Shown: in pieces, positions 8,270 through 16,619 of the stretch
Layout: the number at the start of each line of letters is the position of its first letter
Numbering within the stretch: position 1 is the first letter of the stretch
Assembly: GCA_035703635.1 (NCBI GenBank)
Contig: DASSXV010000017.1
Span: 1 to 18,544, forward strand
Direction: 5' to 3'
Length of the DNA stretch: 18,544 nt
Source: Trueperaceae bacterium
GTDB lineage: Bacteria; Deinococcota; Deinococci; Deinococcales; Trueperaceae
Notes under the pieces: model-generated
Told to the model about the DNA's origin: nothing
Databases searched by the model: none
The model's input: only the letters and a program-made list of their open reading frames with translations
Program-made: the position numbers and the translations under genes

Positions 8270-9043
8270 TCACTCCGCCAGGCGGCCGCTGCGCTTGTAA
8301 ACCTCGTATGCGCCCCACTCACGCACGACGCGGTCGAGGCCAGCAAGGCGCTTTCCAACCGCGAGGTCGAAGCGCCACGCGCTGCGCCAGGCGCTCGGCG
8401 GCAGCGAGCGGAAATCGACGGGGAACGGCGTGACCGTCCAGCCTTGCGCGCGGAACGTGGCGAGCGCCCGCGGCATGTGCAACGCGCTCGTCACTAACAG
8501 CCAGGTGGTGCCGGGGGCCGGCGCAACGCGCTGGCGCGCCAAGATGGCCTCCTCGTAGGTGCTGCGCGCTTCACCCAAGTAAGTGACCTCGTGACCCCGC
8601 AGTGTTCGTTGGAAGAGGAGACCGGTGCCGTCGGCAGCGCGCCACTCTTGCCGCACCGCGTCCTCGAAGAGGCCCGTGAACACGACCCTCGCATCGGGGT
8701 ATAGCTCGGCGAGGGCCAGGGCGGCGAGCATGCGCTCGCCCGCGTCGTCAAGCGTGAGTTGCCCGCGCGCTGCACCGATGCGCCACTCGACTGCCCCGCC
8801 AAGCACGATCACGCCGTCGACGGTCGCCGGCAGGCTCTCAGGGGCGGCGACACGGCTCTCGAGCCCGTTGGCGAGGTACTCGTCCACGGGAGCGACCACC
8901 AGCACGAGCAGCGCCAACAGCGGGATGAAGAGCAGCCCGGCCGCGAGGCGGCCCGCGCGCAGGCGCCCCGCCACGAACGCGAGCAGGACGAACAGCACGA
9001 GCAAGGTACTCGGCGTGAGCAACCACCACACGGCTTCTAGCAT
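8270..9043 (-). CDS. YdcF/ElyC-like DUF218 membrane-anchored protein
   Basis: Two N-terminal TM helices, DGVIVLGG, ERM, FTG, E.RSTYEEA, LLVTSALHMPRA, PFPVDF, REWG motifs. Confidence 0.88.
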   Translation of the reverse strand: MLEAVWWLLTPSTLLVLFVLLAFVAGRLRAGRLAAGLLFIPLLALLVLVVAPVDEYLANGLESRVAAPESLPATVDGVIVLGGAVEWRIGAARGQLTLDDAGERMLAALALAELYPDARVVFTGLFEDAVRQEWRAADGTGLLFQRTLRGHEVTYLGEARSTYEEAILARQRVAPAPGTTWLLVTSALHMPRALATFRAQGWTVTPFPVDFRSLPPSAWRSAWRFDLAVGKRLAGLDRVVREWGAYEVYKRSGRLAE

Positions 9044-9100
9044 GTGGCGCCATCATGACCCGACGGCAGCGCACCCGTATGAACCTAGCTGCGGCTCGTA

Positions 9101-9106
9101 TATCCT
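9101..9106 (+). promoter_or_regulatory. Possible -10 box (TATCCT) for degV
   Basis: TANNNT hexamer in the AT-richest part of the divergent intergenic region, about 65 nt before the degV ATG, which has a GGAG SD at 9161-9164. Confidence 0.4.
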
Positions 9107-9170
9107 TGCAGGCACACCAAGGAAGAACCCCCGTGCGCGCGCCCCCGGCCGCCGAGTTATGGAGCACATC

Positions 9171-10022
9171 ATGAACCTCGCGATCATCACCGACTCGACT
9201 AGTGACCTGACGGCAGCTGAGCTGAAGCAGTTGCAGGTGGAGGCAGTGCCGCTTCACGTGCACTTCCAGGGAAAGACGTTCAAAGACTGGCTAGAGATCG
9301 ACCCGGCGAAGATAATCGCGGGCGTCGCGGCTGGCGCGGAGATGCCATCGACCAGCCAGCCGAGCCCGGCCGAGTTCTCGGAGGCGTACGCGCGCGCCAT
9401 AGCTGCCGGCGCTGACCAGATCCTCGTCATCTGCATCTCGTCAGGCATCTCGGGCACGGTGCAGTCGGCGACGATCGCCAAAGAAGGCTGCGCCGTGCCC
9501 GTCACGGTTTTCGACAGCCAAGCCGCCAGCCTTGGGCACGGCGAGATGGTGCGGGTTGCCGTGCGCCTGCGCAACGGCGGCGCCGACTTACCGACCATCG
9601 TCAAGGCGCTCGAGCGCATTCGCGACACGAACTTCATCATCTTCACCGTTGCCACCATGGATTACCTCCAGAAGAACGGGCGCATCGGCCGCGCGTCTGC
9701 GCTGGTCGGCAGCCTCTTGAACATCAAGCCTCTCCTCACCCTCGAGGACGGCAAGGTCGGACCGCTCAGCCGCGCACGTGGCCTTAAGAAGGCGCAGCAG
9801 GAGATGGTCGACCGCTTGAAGGTCTACGCGGACGCCGCTAAGGGGCCCATCGTCCTCAACTTCATCCACGTGCAGGACCTTTCCGCCGCCGAGGGCTTGC
9901 GCAACGCCGTTGACGCCGCTGGACTGAAGTACGAGTTCGGTGGATTCCACGAGATCGGCGCGGTGATCGCTTCTCACGTTGGACCGAACACTTTCGGGCT
10001 GTACGCCCACGAGGCGGTCTGA
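9171..10022 (+). CDS. DegV/FakB-family fatty-acid-binding protein
   Basis: IITDSTSDL, PSTSQPSP, ISSGISGT, VFDS, YLQKNGRIG, LLNIKPLL, IGAVIASHVGP. GGAG lies 6 nt before ATG 9171. Confidence 0.93.
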   Translation: MNLAIITDSTSDLTAAELKQLQVEAVPLHVHFQGKTFKDWLEIDPAKIIAGVAAGAEMPSTSQPSPAEFSEAYARAIAAGADQILVICISSGISGTVQSATIAKEGCAVPVTVFDSQAASLGHGEMVRVAVRLRNGGADLPTIVKALERIRDTNFIIFTVATMDYLQKNGRIGRASALVGSLLNIKPLLTLEDGKVGPLSRARGLKKAQQEMVDRLKVYADAAKGPIVLNFIHVQDLSAAEGLRNAVDAAGLKYEFGGFHEIGAVIASHVGPNTFGLYAHEAV

Positions 10023-10148
10023 CCTGAGCGAGTATCGGGCGAGCGCTGCGCTCGAGTGAGGGGTTGCACGGTTAACGCCTAGCTGCTCTAGGCAGCAACC
10101 TATCTGCAGCACGCCACCTAATAGCGGCGGCGCTAACGTCGCAACACG

Positions 10149-11678
10149 ATGTTCGCCGCCGCCACGTCAGCCACCATCTTCGGAGTAGAGGCCATCCTCG
10201 TTCGCGTCGAGGCCTTCGTGAGCGGCGGCCTGCCTAGCTTCACCCTCGTCGGCTTGCCTGGAGCCGCGGTTCAAGAGTCGCGGGAGCGCGTTCGGGCCAA
10301 CCTCAAGCTCCTCGGGCTGCCGCTGCCGCCAAGCCGGATACTCGTCAACCTCGCCCCGGCAGACGTGCGCAAGGAGGGTCCTGCCCTCGACCTCGCCATA
10401 GCGCTCGCGCTCCTTGCCGCTGAGCGGCGCGTGCCAACAAGGGCGTTAGACGGTCTGGTCGTGTTCGGTGAGCTAGCGCTCGACGGGAGCTTGCGTCCCG
10501 CTCGCGGAGGCGTCGCCATCGCCCTCCTCGCGGCTGGCCTAAGCGCCAAGCGCGGCGCGCCATACGCGGTGCTAGCGCCGCCAGCCAACGCACGCGAGGT
10601 AGCGCTCGTGCCCGGCGTTGCAGTCTTCGCGCCGCGCAACCTCGCGGAGGCCGTCGGGCACCTTACTGGCCGCGCCACGCTCCCCCGCTACCTAGCACCG
10701 GAGCAGGCCGACCACGGCCCGCGCAACGTGGCGTCAGCGCCGACTCCGGACCTACTTGACGTGCGCGGCCAGGCACTCGCGCGCCGGGCATTAGAGGTGG
10801 CCGCCGCCGGCCGCCACAACATCCTCCTCACCGGCCCGCCCGGTGCAGGCAAGAGCATGCTCGCGCGGCGCCTTCCCGGCATCCTCCCACCGCTCCTCGA
10901 TCACGAGGCCATCGAGGTGACGCGCGTGCACTCGAGCGCGGGCCTCCTACGCGGTGGGGGCTTGATCCGCGCGCCGGCGTTCAGGCAACCCCACCACTCA
11001 GGTTCGGAGGCAGGAGTGATCGGCGGCGGCAACGTTGCCCGCCCCGGCGAGGCGAGCCTCGCTCACTTGGGCGTGCTCTTCCTTGACGAGTTACCAGAGT
11101 TCTCGCGGCCGGTGCTCGAGGCGCTACGTCAGCCACTGGAGGACGGGGTCATCACCATCTCGCGCGCCAGCGGCAGCGTGCAACTCCCTGCCCGGTTTCA
11201 ATTGGTGGCGGCCAGTAACCCGTGCCCATGCGGTTATCACGGGTCCACGGACGACTCGCATCAATGCACCTGTCCACCCGCCGCGGTGCTGCGCTACCAG
11301 CGCCGGCTCTCCGGGCCGCTCCTAGACCGCCTCGACCTGCGCGTCCACGTCGCACGGCTAACCGAGGAAGAACTCCTCGCCGCCGCCCCTGGCGAGTCAA
11401 GCGCCGCCGTTGCCGCGCGCGTGGTCAGCGCTCGCAACCTCGCGCTCGAACGCCAAGGCGTGCCCAACGCCTACCTGTCGGGGAGGGAGCTGACCGCCAA
11501 CACCGCGGTGGCCGGCGCCAGCCAGGCTGTTCTCGGGCGCATCGTGCGCAGCCTCAGGCCAAGCGCACGCGGCCTCGACCGGTTGCTGCGTGTGGCCCGC
11601 ACGGCCGCCGACTTGAACAACTCCACAGTGGTTGGGGCAGAACACCTGCTCGAGGCGTCTGGTTACCGTGGCGGCTGA
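10149..11678 (+). CDS. comM: ComM/YifB Mg-chelatase-like AAA+ ATPase
   Basis: LVGLPGAAVQESRERV, NLAPADVRKEG, GELALDG, Walker A GPPGAGKS, PHHS, GEASLAHLGVLFLDELPEF, LRQPLE, Zn motif NPCPCG...CTC, SGPLLDRLD, SARG...VARTAADL. Confidence 0.93.
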   Translation: MFAAATSATIFGVEAILVRVEAFVSGGLPSFTLVGLPGAAVQESRERVRANLKLLGLPLPPSRILVNLAPADVRKEGPALDLAIALALLAAERRVPTRALDGLVVFGELALDGSLRPARGGVAIALLAAGLSAKRGAPYAVLAPPANAREVALVPGVAVFAPRNLAEAVGHLTGRATLPRYLAPEQADHGPRNVASAPTPDLLDVRGQALARRALEVAAAGRHNILLTGPPGAGKSMLARRLPGILPPLLDHEAIEVTRVHSSAGLLRGGGLIRAPAFRQPHHSGSEAGVIGGGNVARPGEASLAHLGVLFLDELPEFSRPVLEALRQPLEDGVITISRASGSVQLPARFQLVAASNPCPCGYHGSTDDSHQCTCPPAAVLRYQRRLSGPLLDRLDLRVHVARLTEEELLAAAPGESSAAVAARVVSARNLALERQGVPNAYLSGRELTANTAVAGASQAVLGRIVRSLRPSARGLDRLLRVARTAADLNNSTVVGAEHLLEASGYRGG

Positions 11679-11798
11679 CCGCCCCTACATGAGCGTCAGA
11701 TTAGGTGAGCGTGAGTGACATTCGGCACACCCGCTACCAGAGCCCGCTGGCGCCGGTTCGTTTCTACTTACTCCTAGCCATTCCGCTTCTCAGGTCTG

Positions 11799-11807
11799 TG
11801 CTACATT
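11799..11807 (+). promoter_or_regulatory. Putative extended -10 (TGcTACATT) of the oxidase operon
   Basis: TG-n-TANNNT in a low-GC intergenic stretch about 65 nt upstream of the start; strong SD AGGAGG at 11862-11867. Confidence 0.55.
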
Positions 11808-11878
11808 TGCTCACAGATTCTGGGGCCAAAACCCTTCGCAATGCCCCGATTCAAGACCCCAAGGAGGGAATCGTGCCC

Positions 11879-12970
11879 ATGAGGTGGTTGAGGCGGGTCC
11901 TGCCCGTCGCCGTTCTCGCGCCGTTGTTGACTAGCTGCTCGCTGCAAGGCATGCAGTCTATGTTCAGCCCGGCCGGAAGCATCGCACAGGAGCAGTTGGA
12001 CCTGTTCATGTGGACGTGGTACCTGAGCATCCCGGTGATGATCGGTGTGTTCGGAGCCATGTTCTACGTCCTCGTTCGCTACCGGCGGCGTAAAGGCGAC
12101 CCGGAACCCGAGCAGTCGCACGGCAAGCCAGCTGTCGAGGTCATCCTCACTGTCGTGCCAGTCCTGATCATCGTCATGGTGGCGATCCCCACCGTGCGGT
12201 CGATTTTCCGGACCCAGTCGCACGTCGTGGCCACCAGCGACGACATCCAAGTGAACGTCATCGGGCACCAGTGGTGGTGGCAGTTCGAGTACCCCGACCT
12301 CGGGATCACGACCGCGAACGAACTCCACGTACCTGTTGGCAAGCGCGTCATCCTCCACCTCAACTCGGCGGACGTCGTGCACGCCTTCTGGGTGCCGCGC
12401 CTCGCAGGCAAGGTCGACCTCATCCCTAACCAGAACAACCAACTCTGGTTCGACACCAACGAGGACAGCATCGGCATCTACCCCGGCCAGTGCGCCGAAC
12501 TCTGCCTGGGAGCGCACGCATACATGCGCTTCCGCGTCGTCGTATCCGCGCAAGACGACTTCGACAGCTGGACTGCCGAGTTCCAAAAGCCGGTCGTCCA
12601 GACCGTGGCTAGCGACCCGCTAGTCACCCAAGGCCGCCAGCTCGTGGCCAACAAGGGCTGCATCGGCTGCCACAACATCGGCAACTACGCCGAGGGCGTT
12701 ACTTACGGCCAGCCGCAGTTCCCTGACCTGACCAACTTCGGCCTGCGCAACACCGTCGGGGCTGGTGTACTCGATGCAACGCCGGAGAACGTCGCCAAGT
12801 GGATCGCCGACCCGCAGTCCGTCAAGCCGGGCAACCGCATGCCGACCCTATGGGCCGCCAACGACCCGAAACGTGACCAGGAGGCGGCTGCCATCGCCGC
12901 TTACTTGCTGAGCCTCGGCGTCGCTGATACCAACCAGGCGCTCGCTCATGCTTCAACGGGAGGCAACTGA
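11879..12970 (+). CDS. coxB: Cytochrome c oxidase subunit II with fused cytochrome c (caa3 type), predicted lipoprotein
   Basis: Lipobox LTSC, two TM helices, GHQWWWQFEY, CuA ligands DVVH...CAELCLGAHAYM, C-terminal CIGCH...KPGNRMP heme c domain. Start is ATG 11879 or GTG 11873 after AGGAGG. Confidence 0.95.
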   Translation: MRWLRRVLPVAVLAPLLTSCSLQGMQSMFSPAGSIAQEQLDLFMWTWYLSIPVMIGVFGAMFYVLVRYRRRKGDPEPEQSHGKPAVEVILTVVPVLIIVMVAIPTVRSIFRTQSHVVATSDDIQVNVIGHQWWWQFEYPDLGITTANELHVPVGKRVILHLNSADVVHAFWVPRLAGKVDLIPNQNNQLWFDTNEDSIGIYPGQCAELCLGAHAYMRFRVVVSAQDDFDSWTAEFQKPVVQTVASDPLVTQGRQLVANKGCIGCHNIGNYAEGVTYGQPQFPDLTNFGLRNTVGAGVLDATPENVAKWIADPQSVKPGNRMPTLWAANDPKRDQEAAAIAAYLLSLGVADTNQALAHASTGGN

Positions 12971-14862
12971 TGGCCACGACGCAGACCGCGGTATCCACGC
13001 GGGGTAGGCTCTTCGTCCGCCCAACCTGGACGAGGGGCATCGGCTCCTGGCTGACCACCGTCGACCACAAGCGCCTAGGCATCCTCTATATCGTCTCGGC
13101 GTTCATCTTCATGGGCGCCGCCGCCACCGAGGCGTTCATCATGCGCCTCCAACTCCTCACCCCGAACATGAACGTGGTCAACCCCGACCAGTTCAACCAG
13201 CTATTCACCATGCACGGCGTGACCATGGTGTTCCTCGCCATCATGCCGCTAGGCATCGGCTTAGCCAACTACTTCGTGCCACTGCAGATCGGCGCGCGCG
13301 ACCTCGCGTTCCCGCGCCTGAACGCGTTCGGGTATTGGGTCTACGCGTTCGGCGGCCTGATGATCTACACGTCATGGTTCCTTGGCGGCGCACCAGACAT
13401 GGGCTGGGTGGCTTACGCGCCGCTAACCTCGCTGTCGCACAACCCTGGCCTAGGCGTCGACTTCTACATGTTCGGCCTGTTCATCAGCGGCATCGGCACG
13501 ACGGGCACGGCGATGAACCTCATCGTGACCATCGTCAGCATGCGCGCTCCCGGCATGACCATGATGCGAGTGCCCGTGTTCGCCTGGATGATGCTCATCA
13601 CGTCGTTCATGATCATCTTCGCGTTCCCGCCGCTCACGATCGCGTTCCTCGAGATCATCCTCGACCGAACCTTCGGCACGCTCTTCTTCGTGCAAGAAGC
13701 AGGGGCGCTGCCGATCTTGTGGCAGCACCTGTTCTGGATCTTCGGTCACCCGGAGGTCTACATCATCATCTTGCCCGCCTTCGGCGTGATCAGCGAGATC
13801 ATCCCGACGTTCTCGCGCAAACCGCTGTTCGGCTACCCGATCATGATCCTCTCCGGTATCCTCATCGGCTTCATGGGCTTCGCCGTGTGGACCCACCACA
13901 TGTTCACCACCGGCCTCGGCCCCGTCGTGAACACCGCTTTCTCGCTCACTTCGTTCGTCATCGGCATTCCGACGGGCGTGAAGATCTTCAACTGGCTCGG
14001 GACCTTGTGGGGCGGCAGTATCAGGTTCACTACTCCCCTGCTGTACGCGCTCGCCTTCCTCGTGACGTTCACCCTCGGCGGCATCACCGGCATCATGGTG
14101 GCCATGCCGACCTTCGACGCGCAGGTGCACGACACCTACTTCGTCGTGGCGCACTTCCACTACGTGATGGGCGGCGGCGCCCTGATGGCGTTCTTCGGCG
14201 CCCTCTACTACTGGTTCCCCAAGATGACGGGCAAGATGATGTCCGAGCGCCTCGGCAAGATCGCCTGGGTGTTCACGGTGCTCGGCTTCCACCTGCTCTT
14301 CTTCCCGCAGCACCTAGCCGGCATGCTCGGCATGCCGCGCCGCATCCAGACCTACCCAGAAGGCATCGGCCTGGAGCTCGTCAACATGCTCTCCACCATC
14401 GGCAGTTGGGTGATGGGCGTCGGCCTCATCCTCATCCTCGCCGGCGTCATCCACGCCTTCTTGCGCGGCAAGCCAGCAGGCAAGGACCCGTGGGACGCCC
14501 GCACCCTCGAGTGGACCACGTCATCCCCGCCTGCGTACTACGACTTCCCCGTTCAGCCGGTCGTCAACTCCCTCGATCCGCTCTGGGTCGAGAAGCACCC
14601 AGGCGCCATGGGCGGCGTAACCGCACCAGACCCTGAGAGCGGCAAGGCGTACGACGCCCACGGCATCCACATCCCTGGCCAGTCGTGGTTCCCGTTCGTC
14701 GCTGCCCTGGCCCTCGCCATCGGCTGCTACGGCCTCATGTACGACAACATCATCTTCGCCATCATCTGCGGCCTCGCGTTCATCTTCTGCATCTTCGGAT
14801 GGGCCTACGAGGGCGTAGGCGGCACGCACTTGCACCTTGACCTCGCGGAGGAAGGCCAATGA
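12970..14862 (+). CDS. ctaD: Cytochrome c oxidase subunit I, A1-type heme-copper oxidase
   Basis: DHKRLGILY, FTMHG, RDLAFPRLN (D-channel), WIFGHPEVY, WTHHMF, PTGVKIF (K-channel), VVAHFHY, GMPRR, plus two extra C-terminal TM helices after HIPGQSWFP. Confidence 0.97.
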   Translation: MATTQTAVSTRGRLFVRPTWTRGIGSWLTTVDHKRLGILYIVSAFIFMGAAATEAFIMRLQLLTPNMNVVNPDQFNQLFTMHGVTMVFLAIMPLGIGLANYFVPLQIGARDLAFPRLNAFGYWVYAFGGLMIYTSWFLGGAPDMGWVAYAPLTSLSHNPGLGVDFYMFGLFISGIGTTGTAMNLIVTIVSMRAPGMTMMRVPVFAWMMLITSFMIIFAFPPLTIAFLEIILDRTFGTLFFVQEAGALPILWQHLFWIFGHPEVYIIILPAFGVISEIIPTFSRKPLFGYPIMILSGILIGFMGFAVWTHHMFTTGLGPVVNTAFSLTSFVIGIPTGVKIFNWLGTLWGGSIRFTTPLLYALAFLVTFTLGGITGIMVAMPTFDAQVHDTYFVVAHFHYVMGGGALMAFFGALYYWFPKMTGKMMSERLGKIAWVFTVLGFHLLFFPQHLAGMLGMPRRIQTYPEGIGLELVNMLSTIGSWVMGVGLILILAGVIHAFLRGKPAGKDPWDARTLEWTTSSPPAYYDFPVQPVVNSLDPLWVEKHPGAMGGVTAPDPESGKAYDAHGIHIPGQSWFPFVAALALAIGCYGLMYDNIIFAIICGLAFIFCIFGWAYEGVGGTHLHLDLAEEGQ

Positions 14863-15473
14863 GCGCCGAAGCAAGCACCGCCGCCACGGGCGCCGTGGCG
14901 GCGCCATACCGTTCCAGCAAGCTGCCAGACGTCAAGTTGATGATGTGGGTGTTCCTCGCGTCAGACACCATGTTCTTCGGCTCGCTGATCGGCACCTACC
15001 TCGCCTATCACAACCGCAGTCTCGTCGGCCCCATGCCGCGCGACCTCTTCGACATCCCGCTAACCACGGTCAGCACGTTCGTGCTGCTCATGTCGAGCTT
15101 CCTCATGGTGCTCGCGCTCCACTCGCTGCGCGAGAGCGACATTGGCAAGTTCCGACTGTGGACACTTGGCGTCGCCGTGTTCGGCTCCATCTTCCTCGGG
15201 TTCCAGGTCTACGAGTTCACGCACTTCGCGAACGCGGGCCTGAGCATCCACCAGAACCTCTTCGGGACGACGTTCTTCATCCTTACCGGAACCCACGGGG
15301 TCCACGTGACGGTAGGCGTGCTCTGGCTAGTCAGCCTCTTGATCACCTCGTACCTGCGACCCATGCAGGCGAAAGACGCCGTCTACCTAGAGATCGCCGG
15401 CCTCTACTGGCACTTCGTCGACATCGTGTGGATCGTGATCTTCACGGTCGTCTACCTCGTGGAATTCTTGTGA
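14859..15473 (+). CDS. ctaE: Cytochrome c oxidase subunit III (short, 5-TM)
   Basis: MWVFLASDTMFF, TFVLLMSS, FLGFQVYEF, FFILTGTHGVHV, GLYWHFVDIVWIVIFTVVYL. ATGA overlap with subunit I. Confidence 0.95.
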   Translation: MSAEASTAATGAVAAPYRSSKLPDVKLMMWVFLASDTMFFGSLIGTYLAYHNRSLVGPMPRDLFDIPLTTVSTFVLLMSSFLMVLALHSLRESDIGKFRLWTLGVAVFGSIFLGFQVYEFTHFANAGLSIHQNLFGTTFFILTGTHGVHVTVGVLWLVSLLITSYLRPMQAKDAVYLEIAGLYWHFVDIVWIVIFTVVYLVEFL

Positions 15474-15489
15474 GCGGGGCTCTCGACTA

Positions 15490-16524
15490 ATGGCTGAAAG
15501 CAAGCACTCCTCCGTCACCAGCTACGTGATCGTCGCCCTCATCCTTGGCGTCATCACCTACATCGAGTTCGCGCTCGTCGAGTACCCGCAAGCGTGGCTC
15601 GGTAGCACCTGGACCCTCGTCTGGCTGATCGCCCTCTCGATCGTCAAGTTCATCATGGTCGTCATGTTCTTCATGCACCTCAAGGACGACGACCGCACCT
15701 ACACCGGCTTCTTCTCTAGCGGCATGTTCATAGCCCTAGCCACGTTCGTCGGCTTGACGGCCATGTTCGTCCTGCCGCGCGCCGTGGCCTCCACCAAGCC
15801 GGAGAACGTGGCAGCGGCCAACGCCGCCCACGCCGAGGTACCGGAAGCCTTGCTCGAGAACGTCGAGACGGGCGGCGCGTCACGCACGCCAGATCAGATC
15901 GCTGACACCCCCCGCGTGGCGGACCGCAGCGTGGGGATAACGCCCCCGACCGCAAGCAACGATGCGTCCACCTACAGCGTGACCGCCCCAACTACCGCGG
16001 CAGCTGGCACCCCGGCAGCAGCTGGCACCCCTGAAGCGGCGCCAGCTCAGGCTGGTGGCGCCGACGAGGCACCAGCAGCGGCCACGCCAGCCGCTGAAAC
16101 GCCAGCCGCAGCAGCCCCTGTCGAATGGGATGCCGCCCACGGCGCCACCGTCTTCAACTCCAACTGCATGGCCTGCCACCAGGCGACCGGCCAGGGCATC
16201 CCGGGAGCATTCCCGCCGCTTGCTGGTCACGCGGCTGACATCTACACGCTCGACGGCGGCCGCACCTACCTCCTCGACACCGTGTTGTTCGGCCTGCAAG
16301 GCCAGATCAACGTCAACGGGGCGGTTTACAACGGCGTCATGCCTGCCTGGAACCACCTCCCAGACGGCGACATCGCCGACGCCCTCAACCACGTGCTCAC
16401 CGCGTGGGGTACCGCGCCGGCAGGGTTCACGCCGTTCACGGCAGCCGACGTGGAAGCGCGCAGGCCTGACGCCCTCACCGCGGCCGACGTGCACGCCCAC
16501 CGCGAGGCCATCGGCCTGCAGTAA
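15490..16524 (+). CDS. Cytochrome c oxidase subunit IV (CtaF/COX4_pro-like) fused via a long linker to a cytochrome c552-like domain
   Basis: Residues ~1-98 form three TM helices with T..EF and KF..VV.FFMHLK motifs. Residues ~99-210 are an Ala/Pro/Thr/Glu linker. Residues ~211-344 contain CMACHQATGQGIPGAFPPLAGH...GLQGQI.VNG..YNGVMP. Confidence 0.9.
   Translation: MAESKHSSVTSYVIVALILGVITYIEFALVEYPQAWLGSTWTLVWLIALSIVKFIMVVMFFMHLKDDDRTYTGFFSSGMFIALATFVGLTAMFVLPRAVASTKPENVAAANAAHAEVPEALLENVETGGASRTPDQIADTPRVADRSVGITPPTASNDASTYSVTAPTTAAAGTPAAAGTPEAAPAQAGGADEAPAAATPAAETPAAAAPVEWDAAHGATVFNSNCMACHQATGQGIPGAFPPLAGHAADIYTLDGGRTYLLDTVLFGLQGQINVNGAVYNGVMPAWNHLPDGDIADALNHVLTAWGTAPAGFTPFTAADVEARRPDALTAADVHAHREAIGLQ
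15997..16032 (+). repeat. In-frame 18-bp tandem duplication (AAAGTP x2) in the linker
   Basis: gcggcagctggcaccccg gcagcagctggcacccct, 16/18 identical. Confidence 0.8.
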
Positions 16525-16567
16525 CTACTGCCCTAACCTCGGCAAGCCGCCATGCGGCGACCCGAGA

Positions 16568-16619
16568 CTGAACCCGAACCGAGCACTGCGGTTACCCGCC
16601 GTGCTCGGTTTGGGTTTAG
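16568..16619 (+). terminator. Long stem-loop after the oxidase structural genes (terminator or mRNA stabiliser)
   Basis: ctgaacccgaaccgagcac-t-gcgg[ttac]ccgc-c-gtgctcggtttgggtttag: 23 bp with two G-U pairs and one mismatch. No clean poly-U tail beyond the stem. Confidence 0.65.

Noticed and set aside
9052-9057. CATGAT 8 nt before the DUF218 start as a leaderless -10
   Set aside because: Lacks the first T of TANNNT; plausible but too weak to call.
8625-9170. Long N-terminal extension of DegV
   Set aside because: Antisense to the DUF218 gene; the DegV motif and SD begin at 9171.
10149-11678. comM as a mobile-element integration hotspot
   Set aside because: The gene is intact, with no integrase, att duplication or compositional shift.
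11705-11872. N-terminal extension of subunit II
   Set aside because: Spans the promoter-like region; the SD and lipoprotein signal place the start at 11873/11879.
13335-14636. 433-aa His/Arg-rich ORF and similar overlapping or antisense ORFs (e.g. 2434-3435, 11801-12586, 13450-14313)
   Set aside because: Typical stop-poor shadow frames of high-GC genes, with no recognisable motifs.
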